Source: Octopus sinensis (taxonomy: Eukaryota). From it: DNA of 13,488 nucleotides. Positions 1 through 8,400 of this stretch are shown piece by piece. The stretch is taken from the NCBI RefSeq assembly GCF_006345805.1, contig NW_021826130.1:1-13488 (forward strand). The letters are read 5' to 3'. How positions within the stretch are numbered: position 1 is the first letter of the stretch; every line of letters begins with the position of its first letter. Under the pieces are notes generated by a model. That model made no database searches and was not told the origin of the DNA. It saw only the letters and a program-made list of their open reading frames with translations. The translations under genes were made by a program, and so were the position numbers.

Positions 1-76
1 GTATGTATGTATGTATGCATGCATGCATGTATGTATGTATGTATGTGTGCATGTATATATACACACACAAACACAT
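1..76. repeat. (GTAT)n/(GCAT)n/(CA)n compound microsatellite
   Basis: Directly visible. Confidence 0.95.
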
Positions 77-183
77 GCACATTACATAATAATTCTAGAC
101 TAACGATGAAAAAACTAATCTGAAATATTGGAAGAGATTTATCAAAAATAATTCAATTCCAAGTACGTCCCAATTAAACTTAC

Positions 184-362
184 CTGGTCAATGAAGGACC
201 ATTCTCTACTCAAATGACGGCAGAGAAGTATATAGACAAAGTGAGTGGAATTCCTGTGACCTGTCTTGGAATGAGGAACCATCCAGCTAATATTAATACT
301 TTCTGGAAGCAGCTGTATTCTGGGTTTTTCTATGAATTTTTTCCAGTTTTTCTTCTTTTTAT
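184..362 (-). CDS. Internal coding exon 4 of 4 ((D)KKKKNWKKFIEKPRIQLLPESINISWMVPHSKTGHRNSTHFVYILLCRHLSREWSFIDQ), phase 1-0; first half of an FN3-like domain
   Basis: Acceptor tctttgaattcttcacag|AT and consensus donor CAG|gtaagt. 179 nt within track ORF 142..480(-). Shows the P..SINISW..P...YIL..R...EW pattern of FN3 N-terminal strands, with N-glycosylation sequons NIS and NST. Confidence 0.82.
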
Positions 363-384
363 CTGTGAAGAATTCAAAGATAAG

Positions 385-430
385 TTTCTTTATTAGCCAC
401 AGAGGGCCGAACGCAGAGGGGACAAAATAC
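385..430 (-). mobile_element. Degenerate 3' tail fragment of SINE family A
   Basis: tttctttattagccacagagggccgaacgcagaggggacaaa resembles the tail tttctttactacccacaaggggctaaacacagaggg at 8401 and 11782. Confidence 0.65.
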
Positions 431-656
431 AATGTAGGGCTTTTCGTTTTGAAAATAGACCAAAAAAGAGGAGAAAGCAAAAATCAAAGTGAGCTCATTA
501 TATAGCTGTTACCATTCACTCTGATTCACCACCAGTTGAAGACAAAGTGACATCTGCCTCCCGTGACAACTGCGCCACACCATGTTCTAAACACCCTTAC
601 TGAGCCAGGAGAGTAATGGGAGGGAGCAAAAGAAACAAGTTTCCAACAACGAATTA

Positions 657-876
657 TGAGGTGTCACTGAAAAGTTCCTGGCTTTGGGTAAAAGAAAATA
701 CAGAAGGATCAGTTAATTATGATATTATCCATCATATTCCCCTCTCAGACTCACATACTTATTGCAGAGGTCCTTCAGTTATTCTAAGTCCTGTAAAAGT
801 ACTCGGAAGCTTAAGCCTCCAAAACTAGGCCTTTCACAATATCCTTAAAATCAGGAACTTTTCAGGCCACCTCTCA
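657..876. mobile_element. Mariner-derived MITE, copy 1
   Basis: Imperfect TIRs (tgaggtgtcactgaaaagttcctgg ... caggaacttttcaggccacctctca) flanked by TA at 655-656 and 877-878. Body matches the reverse complement of the mariner end at about 4700-4857. Confidence 0.85.
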
Positions 877-935
877 TATATATATATACACACACACACA
901 ACACACACACACATACATACATACATACATACATA
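877..935. repeat. (TA)n(CA)n(CATA)n microsatellite between the two MITEs
   Basis: Directly visible. Confidence 0.95.
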
Positions 936-1125
936 CAAGAGGGTGTCGAAAAGTTCCTGGCTTTGGCTAAGAGAAAATACAGGAGGATCAGTTAATTATG
1001 ATTTTATTCAACATATTTCCCTCTCAGATCCACACATTTATTGCAGCAGTCCTTCAGTTTTTCTAAACACTGTAAAAGAACTCGGAAGGTCGGGCCTCCA
1101 GCCAGGAACTTTTCAGAGCCCCTTG
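936..1125. mobile_element. Mariner-derived MITE, copy 2, with an internal deletion relative to copy 1
   Basis: TIRs caagagggtgtcgaaaagttcctggc ... gccaggaacttttcagagccccttg, with TA at 934-935 and 1126-1127. Confidence 0.85.
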
Positions 1126-1197
1126 TACAAGCACTTAAAGAATTTTGGTGTAACAAAGCACCTGATATGACTAATGCAGGTTTAAATGGTTAACAGA

Positions 1198-1545
1198 GTT
1201 AAGTTAAGTTAATTTTTTGGCTCAAAAAGCAAAAAGCAAGGCCATGTAGGGGGACATGGAGTTATGTACAGGGTGGTGCTCATGCAAAGAGTTCAGGCCA
1301 TTTCTGGTCAAGAGAGACTTTGAATCGAGCGGTCGTCGGCATCTTCACTATCTCGTCCGGCAGCTTATTCCACGGATCCGCAACCCGGATGGAGAAAGCC
1401 CCTCTCCTTCGATTGAGATGAAATCGTCGCAGATAGAGCTTTTCGGTGTGACCCCGCAGCCGATGCTCTGGAGCAGGAGTGAAGAACAGCTCTTTCGAGA
1501 GGTTACACTTTCCGCTTATGATGTTGTGAGCAAGAATGAGATTAC
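1198..1545 (-). mobile_element. CR1-clade LINE 3' end (ORF2 C-terminus, 3'UTR, (TTAAC)n tail), 5'-truncated
   Basis: RGHTEKL...RRGAFSIRVADPWNKLPDEIV...FKVSLD fits the CR1 ORF2 C-terminal RGH-x2-KL...FSxRV...WNxLP...FK..LD pattern. Short repeat tail at 1198-1212. Confidence 0.85.
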
Positions 1546-1697
1546 TTAATAAATACCAGGCCTTCTTAAGGAGCGTAGCAAGACCGTTACCAATGAACGT
1601 TGCATCGTTGAGGCCTAAATAGTCGGACATCGGCTCATCCTGCATGCTCCTAATGATTGGTCACTTAACCCAGTCATGTGATGGTGTAATACTTACT

Positions 1698-1773
1698 ATT
1701 TTACTCTTTTATTCTTTTACTTGTTTCAGTCATTTGACTGTGGTCATGCTGGAGCACCGCCTTTAGTCAAGCA
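1698..1773 (-). mobile_element. 3' end of SINE family B
   Basis: Reverse complement matches 2798-2868, including the gagtaaaa tail repeats. Confidence 0.85.
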
Positions 1774-1846
1774 TATGGAATCTTTCTGATTTGTGAGAGA
1801 AGCTATTTAAGCTTTCTGCTAACAATAATAAAAGAATTTTATTTAC

Positions 1847-1898
1847 CTTGCCGTGGTTTGCTTCTGTAGAAACTACATGATTCCTGACAGCCATTCAT
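1847..1898 (-). CDS. Internal coding exon 3 of 4 (MNGCQESCSFYRSKPRQ+G), phase 0-1
   Basis: Acceptor ttttttttttatttctttctag|ATG and donor CAAG|gtaaat. 52 nt. Completes a GCxxxCxF motif and its phase matches both neighbours. Confidence 0.85.
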
Positions 1899-2004
1899 CT
1901 AGAAAGAAATAAAAAAAAAATACAATTAATGAGTGATTAGAAATGATAAAACATTTAATTGTAATTAGTAGAGCACAGGTTCCCAACTAGTGTGCTGCAG
2001 CACC

Positions 2005-2260
2005 CTGAGGTGCTGCAAGATCAACTGGGGGCTACCGTGAGCTCAACCAAGGGGTGCCACAAGATCAACTGAAGGGTGCTGTGAGATCAACCGAGGGGTG
2101 GCACAAGATCAACCGAGGGGTGCCACAAGATCAATTGAGGGGTGCTGTGAGATCAACCGAGGGGTGCCACATATCGACTGAGGAGTGCTGTGAGATCAAC
2201 AAAGGGGTGCCACAAGATCAGCTGAGGGGTGCCGTGAGATCAACTGAGGGGTACCCCACA
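2005..2260. repeat. ~22-bp minisatellite (gaggggtgcYRYRagatcaacY), about 11-12 units
   Basis: Directly visible; it produces the repetitive track ORF 2054..2278. Confidence 0.9.
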
Positions 2261-2468
2261 ATATACGTACATATGTAGTATCATGATTGATCATTTAGAG
2301 TCAGAAATACATTTTGATACTTATTTTATCGATAAATATTATTGTCATCTTATATTTTGTATTCCTGTCTATCACATTTTTGTATTGTCATCTATTTTAT
2401 GCTTATTATATCAACATTAGTGAAATAAACAAAATTTTTTATTATTAATTCCAGGGACATAGTTTTCT

Positions 2469-2868
2469 GGCGTAGAAGTGGCTGTGTGGTAAGTAGCTTG
2501 CTTAGAGCCACATGGTTCCAGGTTCAGTCCCACTGCGTAGCACCTTGGGCAAGTGTCTTCTACTATAGCATTGGGCCGACCAAAGTATTGTGAGTGGATT
2601 TGGTAGACGGAAACTGAAAGAAGCTCGTCATATATATGTATATATATATATATATGTGTGTGTATATATGTTTTTCCCCCCAACATTGTTTGACAACCGA
2701 TGCTGGTGTGTTTACGTCCCCGTAACTTAGCGGTTCAGCAAAAGAGACTGATAGAATAAGTACTAGGCTTACAAAGAATAAGTCCTGAGGTCGATTTGCC
2801 CGACTAAAGGTGATGCTCCAGCATGGCCACAGTCAAATGACTGAAACAAGTAAAAGAGTAAAAGAGTA
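2469..2868 (+). mobile_element. Full-length tRNA-derived CORE-like SINE (family B) with an internal TA/TG microsatellite
   Basis: A-box-like gtggctgtgtggtaag, B-box-like ggttcagtccc, CORE-like accttgggcaagt and gagtaaaa tail. Flanking duplication tccagggaca(t/a)agtttt at 2450-2466 and 2876-2892. Confidence 0.85.
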
Positions 2869-3099
2869 GATGTTATCCAGGGACAAAGTTTTATTATAAT
2901 GATGGTGAATCAAAAAGCAACTGTTATATTAGATTTTCTAATAGGGGTGCCGTGGATTTCTGAAATGCTCAACAAGGGTGCTTTGAGGCAGAAAAGTTTG
3001 GGGTACTGTATAGTAGAGTATGCTATTGTTGTTGTTAGTGTTGTCATTGTATTTAGTTGTGAGTGGATATGAACATTGTTGTTAATATTGTTGTTGTTG

Positions 3100-3252
3100 T
3101 CCATCTGTCTTAATGTTCTGAGTTCAAATTCCACTAAGGTCGAGTTCGTCCTTTCGGGATCGTTAAATTAAGTACCAGTTGCGTACTTCGGTTGATCTAA
3201 TCGACTGACCCCCCACTCCAAAATTTTTGGGGAGGGAGCCAGAAAAGAATAT
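3100..3252 (+). mobile_element. Degenerate 5'-truncated SINE family A copy within (GTT)n sequence
   Basis: gttctgagttcaaattcc...ggtcga...cctttcgggatcg...aagtaccagttg matches the family A body. Confidence 0.8.
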
Positions 3253-3294
3253 TGTTGTTGTTGTTAACATGGAAAGGTGGCAGAATTGTCAGCA

Positions 3295-3385
3295 TGGCGG
3301 CGGCAGCGGTGGTTGTGGTGTTAGTGGTGGTGGTGATGGTGATGGTGATGGTGATGGTGAAGATGGCGGTGAAGGTGATGATGAT
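3295..3385. repeat. (GGC/GGT/GATGGT)n low-complexity repeat just downstream of the exon 2 donor
   Basis: Directly visible. Confidence 0.9.
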
Positions 3386-3402
3386 TTAAAAACAATACTA
3401 AC

Positions 3403-3477
3403 ACATATTTCTTCCAAGTGGCAGATGTTTTCCCAAAGTGCAAAATCTGAATAAAGCAAACTGCATGTTCTCCAACA
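3403..3477 (-). CDS. Internal coding exon 2 of 4 (CWRTCSLLYSDFALWENICHLEEIC), phase 0-0
   Basis: Strong acceptor ttttttttttcatttctgtgtttcag|TGT and donor TGT|gttagt. 75 nt of Cys/Trp-rich unique sequence between repeats. Confidence 0.85.
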
Positions 3478-3720
3478 CTGAAACACAGAAATGAAAAAAA
3501 AAATACTTAGAAACTGATTCTTGCATGTGCACGTGCATTGTCTGCGCGACTAAAAAAAATATGAACAGAAAGTCGAAACATACATAGCGTTGTTCCCCTA
3601 TTTTCTCCCTACATGCATGTTCTTAGATTAGTTGTTACGCAATGAGCTGGCCAAAAGTCCAAGAGACATGTTCTATAGCATCTTTCACAAATGAAACACA
3701 ACTAACTCACCAGTAATTTA

Positions 3721-3721
<1 letters not shown>

Positions 3722-3777
<56 letters not shown>

Positions 3778-3800
3778 TGTGTGTGTATATATATATATAC
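3722..3800. repeat. (TG)n then (TA)n microsatellite
   Basis: Directly visible. Confidence 0.95.
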
Positions 3801-3822
3801 ATGCCTGTATACCTGTATATAT

Positions 3823-4132
3823 GTGGAGGCGCAATGGCCCAGTGGTTAGGGTAGCAGACTCGCGGTTGTAGGATCATGGTTTCGATTCCCAGACTGGGTG
3901 TTGTGAGTGTTTATTGAACGAAAACACCTAAAGCTCCACGAGGCTCTGGCAGGGGGTGGTGGCAATCCCTGCTGTACTCTTTCGCCACAACTTTCTCTCA
4001 CTCTTTCTTCTGTTGGCCTGCTCGCTTAGCCAGCGGGGTGGCGTCATTTGGAGGCTAAAACAATGCGAAGCGCATTGTGACCAGCGATGTGTAGCAACAT
4101 CTGATATCCTGGTCAGTCACGGTCACGGTCAC
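3823..4132 (+). mobile_element. tRNA-SINE family C, tail type 1 ending in GTCACG repeats
   Basis: A box tggcccagtggttagg and B box ggtttcgattccc. TSD atacctgtatatat at 3809-3822 and 4133-4146. Confidence 0.85.
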
Positions 4133-4146
4133 ATACCTGTATATAT

Positions 4147-4407
4147 GTGGAGGCACATGGCCTAGTGGTTAGAGCAGCGGTCGAGGGATCGCGGGTTCAA
4201 ATCTCAGACCGGGCGATGTGTGTGTTTATGAGCGAAACACCTAAGCTCCGCTGACTCTTTCGCCACGACTTTCTCTCATTCTTTCTTCCTGCATCTTGCA
4301 GCTCACCTGTGATGGACCGGCGTCCTGTCCAGGTGAGGAACCTATAAGCCAAGGATACCGGGAAACCGGCTCTTATGAGCTAGGTGTGGCTTGAGGAGGA
4401 ACAAACA
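4147..4407 (+). mobile_element. tRNA-SINE family C variant, tail type 2
   Basis: A box tggcctagtggttag, B box gggttcaaatctc and tail cctgtgatggaccggcgtcctgtccagg...gaaaccgg. TSD atacctgtatatat at 4133-4146 and 4408-4421. Confidence 0.85.
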
Positions 4408-4432
4408 ATACCTGTATATATATTCCTATATA

Positions 4433-4857
4433 TTGAAGCAGAAACGCCATGGAAAGTTGAGCTGTGGAGTCCTGCTTTTGCAGGACAATGCTCCAGCACA
4501 CACAGCACATGAAACTCTAGAAAATACACGAATTTGGCTTTGAATTGGTAGACCACCCACCCATCTTGCTCTCCTGACTTGGCCCCCTCCGAGTATCACC
4601 TCGGAGAAACATCACAACTGAAGAAACATCTCGAGAGAACGAAATTTCTCTCCGATTTGCAAGGGGTTTGCTGCTACAGAGGCCTGTCTGGAGCCCCCAC
4701 TTTCCGAGTTCTCTTTATAAGGCTTAGAAAAAGTGAAGGGCTGCTGCAATAATAAGTATGTGAATTTGCGAGGCAAAGATGCTGAATAAAATTGTAAGTA
4801 ACTGATTCTCCTGTATTTTCTTTTACCGAAAGCCAGAAACTTTTCAACGCCTCCTTG
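4433..4857 (+). mobile_element. Mariner transposon 3' remnant: frameshifted transposase C-terminus plus right TIR
   Basis: Translates LKQKRHGKLSCGVLLLQDNAPAH, then after frameshifts FELVDHPP and SPDLAPSEYHL, matching the mariner HDNARPH and HPPYSPDLAPSDYHLF motifs. Ends in aagccagaaacttttcaacgcctccttg. Confidence 0.9.
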
Positions 4858-4897
4858 AGTGTGTATGTGTGTGCGTGTGTGTGTGTGTGTGTGTGTA

Positions 4898-4929
<32 letters not shown>

Positions 4930-4940
4930 GTGTGTGTTTG

Positions 4941-4974
<34 letters not shown>

Positions 4975-5057
4975 TTTGTTGTGTGTGTGTGTTTGTGTGT
5001 GTGTTTGTGTGTGTTGTGTGTGTGTGTGTTTGTGTGTGTTTTGTGTGTGTGTGTTGA

Positions 5058-5101
<44 letters not shown>

Positions 5102-5112
5102 TTGTGTGTTTG

Positions 5113-5143
<31 letters not shown>

Positions 5144-5166
5144 TTGTGTGTGTGTTTGTTTGTGTG

Positions 5167-5208
<42 letters not shown>

Positions 5209-5230
5209 TTTGTGTTTGTGTTTGTGTGCG
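4858..5230. repeat. ~370-bp imperfect (GT)n microsatellite
   Basis: Directly visible; source of the HT- and CV-repeat track ORFs. Confidence 0.97.
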
Positions 5231-5362
5231 TGCATGATGCCTGAAGCATCTGATATTTATCCCTTGCTAATGTACTGAACTGATAATGCCACTTATTATG
5301 TCAGCGACACCGTTCTGTCACTGATAACATTCACCAGATGATAATGTTTGTATCTGCCCCCC

Positions 5363-6278
5363 TCCTCTCTACTATAGGCACAAGGCCTGAAATTTAGGTG
5401 GAGGATTCTTGTCGATTACATCAACCTCAGTGTTTCACTGGTACTAAATTTATTGATCCCTAAAGGATGAAAACCAAAGTTGACCTCGGCGGAATTTGAA
5501 CTCAGAACGTAGCGGCAGCAAAAAACCTATTTCTTTACTGCCCACAAGGGTCTAAACACAGGGGACAAACAAGGACAGACAAACGGATTAAGTCGATTAT
5601 ATTGACCCCAGTGCGTAACTGGTACTTATTTAATCTACCCCAAAAGGATGAAAGGCAAAGTTGACCTTGGCGGAATTTGAACTCAGAACGTAGCAGCAGA
5701 CAAAATACCTATTTCTTTACTGCCCACAAAGGGCTACACACAGAGAAGACAAACAAGGACAGGCAAACGGATTAAGTTGATCATATCGACCCCAGTGCGT
5801 AACTGGTACTTATTTAATCGACCCCGAAAGGATGAAAGGCATAGTTAACCTCGGCGGAATTTGAACTCAGAACGTAGCGGCAGCAAAAAACCTATTTCTT
5901 TACTACCCACAAGGGGCTAAACATAGAGGGGACAAACAGATTAAGTCGATTATATCGATCCCAGTATGTAACTGGTACTTATTTAATCGATCCCGAAAGG
6001 ATGAAAGGCAAAGTCGACTTCGGCGGAATTTGAACTCAGAACGTAACGGCAGACGAAATACCTTTTTCTTTATTACCCACAAGGGGCTAAACACAGGGGA
6101 CAAACAAGGACAGACATAGGTATTAAGTCGATTACATCGACCCCAGTGCGTAACTGGTACTTATTTAATCGACCCCAAAAGGATGAAAGGCAAAGTCGAC
6201 TTCGGCAGAATTTGAACTCAGAACGTAACGGCAGACGAAATACCGTTGAGCATTTCGCCCGGCGTGCTAACGATCCTG
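5363..6278 (-). mobile_element. Tandem array of SINE family A: one partial head plus five bodies, the last with a different tail
   Basis: Unit junctions at 5527/5528, 5709/5710, 5892/5893 and 6062/6063 (spacing 182, 183, 170). The tRNA-like head occurs only at about 6244-6278. Confidence 0.92.
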
Positions 6279-6514
6279 TGAATGTTCTAAAGTGATGCTG
6301 TTGGAAGTAGATCCTCGTCGTTCATCGATAAGCGTGGGTTCAATTCTTTGATTAGGTGACTTACTAAGGTGACTGGTTGAGTATACCAGAGACACGTTTA
6401 TCCTTAACGCAATTCTCCAATGAAAAGGTGGCCAGTCAAAAATAAACTAAAACTTAAGAGAAATGAGTGAATATACATAAGTAAAGGGAAGAAACACTAA
6501 TATAACATACTCAC

Positions 6515-6568
6515 GTTATTGCATCTACCCGAGCATTCATTTTCAGTGTCAGCATTCATTGGTTGGAA
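6515..6568 (-). CDS. Internal coding exon 1 of 4 in window (FQPMNADTENECSGRCNN), phase 0-0, of a Cys-rich + FN3-like protein
   Basis: Minus strand reads ttattttattttccatccttag|TTC...AAC|gtgagt. 54 nt, no stop. Joins the next exon in frame to give CSGRCNN-CWRTC. Confidence 0.82.
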
Positions 6569-6595
6569 CTAAGGATGGAAAATAAAATAATAAAC

Positions 6596-6596
<1 letters not shown>

Positions 6597-6660
<64 letters not shown>
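6597..6660. repeat. (AAT)n microsatellite, about 21 units
   Basis: Directly visible. Confidence 0.97.
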
Positions 6661-6662
<2 letters not shown>

Positions 6663-6917
6663 GCAACCATACTCTGGGATATGCCAATACACACAGATAG
6701 AGAAATTAAGGCCAACAGGCCAGATATAGTTGTCAGAGATCATGAAGAAAAAAATTGCTTTCTAATTGATGTATCAATACCAGCAGATGACAACGTGTCT
6801 CTAAAAGAAATGGAGAAACTTTCAAAATACAAAGACCTGGAAATAGAGGTAACTAGAATGTGGAATCTAAAAACAGAAACAATTCCTATCATAGTAGGTG
6901 CATTAGGCATGATGAAA
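6660..6917 (+). mobile_element. R4/Dong-like non-LTR retrotransposon fragment: restriction-like endonuclease (RLE) domain
   Basis: KATILWDMPIHTDREIKANRPDIVVRDHEEKNCFLIDVSIP...EKLSKYKDL...IPIIVGALG has the RPD...ID..P...K..KY RLE signature. Frame is open and starts directly at an (AAT)n tract. Confidence 0.88.
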
Positions 6918-6949
6918 CTTGGGTTGGCCATCACAACTTGACAGATATC

Positions 6950-7650
6950 ATGAGGGCTGCTGATATCTGTCTCGTCTTTCGAGTCTGGATCTCTGCAGTT
7001 TATAGAGACGTACTCAGCGATCAGAGTAAATGACGTGTCGGAAAGTCCAGTATGCGATCTGTCCGTCAGGAGTGATCCCCCTGTCTACCTCTGTGCATAC
7101 TGACTCTAAAAGTTTCAAGGTACATCCCGCGAGAACTAGGGTATGGAAAATCCGTGTTTGCATATGTGAACGACGTCGCCGTAATATTGTCAGACACTAA
7201 ACAAATGGTGATTGGCACTTCTGAAGGAATATAAGGCGGTCATAGGAGCAACAATTAACCAGGGGAAGTCCTTGTGTTCGCAGCTCAGTATTTGGAAATG
7301 TAGGCCCATACCGTCTAACAACAGGTTCATACCGTCGTTGCGTGCTGGACAGACGGTCCGGTTAAAGAGCTCGGGCTTTGGTTTGGTTTGGTCCAGATCT
7401 CCAGGTGGACAAAAGAAAATGGGCCAAACTATCCCAGAAGGGTCGAGCAGTAGTGGCGAACGCCTACATCATATCTATCATCTACTACCCCTTGACTATC
7501 GCACAGTGCCCCGCTTCATGTCTAATCAGAATGGAACGCCCTGCTCTTCCACTTTTTGTGGAGCGGACGCGTCCCGTAAGTCAGATGGTCTATTTGCTGT
7601 GAGCATCTGTGAGTGGAGGGTTGGGTATGCCATGATTAATGATGCGCACC
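6950..7650 (+). mobile_element. Decayed Tx1/L1-group LINE reverse transcriptase fragment
   Basis: Remnant motifs in the expected order across frameshifts: SVRQ, FAYVNDV (AYADD-like), LKEYKAVIGATINQGKS, VWFGPD, LSQKGRAVVANAYIISIIYY, GGLGMP. Confidence 0.8.
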
Positions 7651-7782
7651 CTTAACTATTTCTTTTTCCCAGGCTAAGTCCCTCGAGTCCGTATGGGAAC
7701 GAACACGAGACTTGTCGTTGGCTACATCAAGGCCAAAATCTCGTAATTCACTGGATAGGCACCAAAGTAACACAGTCACTAC

Positions 7783-7939
7783 CAGGGCGGGCTGAGAGTA
7801 TTAAGGGACCTCGGGCATAACTGTTTACCGGTTCCCTTTGAATGTGTGTTTTAGTAGAGTTAACATGTAGAGTGCGGGCCTCTCAGAGCACCGGGTCCTA
7901 GGGCTGTGCCCGATTGACCGACGGCTCAATCCACCCCTG
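7783..7939. mobile_element. Short hAT-like MITE inserted in the Penelope fragment
   Basis: Imperfect TIRs cagggcgggctgag ... ctcaatccacccctg. Left 8-bp TSD gtcactac at 7775-7782; the right copy is split (gtc 7940-7942, actac 8281-8285) by a SINE. Confidence 0.65.
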
Positions 7940-7943
7940 GTCT

Positions 7944-8282
7944 GAGACCCCCTTCGGTCACGACACTGGCCATGGGATTGCACCTAGAAAGTTACCCTCC
8001 CAGGCACAAGTCCGGGCAAGTTGTTTAAGGAAGATCAGCAGTCGCCCATGCATACCGACCTCCCCTCTCCACGCCACCAGTGTTATCCAAGGGAAAGGCA
8101 AAGGGGCCGATACAGCTTAGCACCTGTGACGTTGCAAATCATTTCTACAACTGAGTGAACTGGAGCAACATGAAATAAAGTGTGTTGCTCAAGAACAAAA
8201 CACGCAGCTCGGTCCGGGATTCGAGCTCACAACCTCACGATCGTATGCTCGATGCTCTAACCACTGAGCCATGCGCCTTCAC
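7944..8282 (-). mobile_element. Full-length tRNA-derived CORE-like SINE (family D)
   Basis: Minus strand gtgaaggcgcatggctcagtggttagagc (A box) ... gagctcgaatccc (B box) ... cttgagcaacacacttt...ccagttcactcagttgtagaaatg (CORE-like). Confidence 0.85.
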
Positions 8283-8400
8283 TACATAGATAACAGTATC
8301 GGCGTCGCCTCATTCTCCAGAGACCAACTGAATACTTTCAGCAACTTCTTCCACCCTTCCCTCTATCATCTTGGCATCCTCCATTAACTTTCTACATACC

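Larger units (their letters stand above)
1974..3008. mobile_element. hAT (Charlie-like) non-autonomous element containing a minisatellite and an inserted SINE
   Basis: Degenerate ends cacaggttcccaact ... aagtttggggtactg, subterminal GGGTGCCGYG-like motifs at both ends, and candidate 8-bp TSD tagtagag at 1966-1973 and 3011-3018 (2-nt offset). Confidence 0.6.

Noticed and set aside
2005-2278. CRISPR array or repeat protein (ORF 2054..2278)
   Set aside because: Contiguous minisatellite without spacers or splice signals.
3227-3454. Gly/Asp-rich plus-strand ORF
   Set aside because: Made of trinucleotide repeats and antisense to the real exon.
3700-3721. Strong minus-strand donor CTG|gtgagt
   Set aside because: Only microsatellite lies upstream, with no acceptor or coding stretch.
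3823-3895. tRNA genes at SINE heads (also 4147, 8282, 9956, 12732)
   Set aside because: A/B boxes continue into SINE bodies, several with tails and TSDs; no clean cloverleaf.
4612-5278. Long His/Thr- and Cys/Val-repeat ORFs
   Set aside because: Translations of the (GT)n microsatellite; the same applies to ORFs at 9123-9409.
5363-6278. Strict age gradient along the SINE array
   Set aside because: By-eye mismatch counts were not monotonic; only the terminal unit is clearly distinct.
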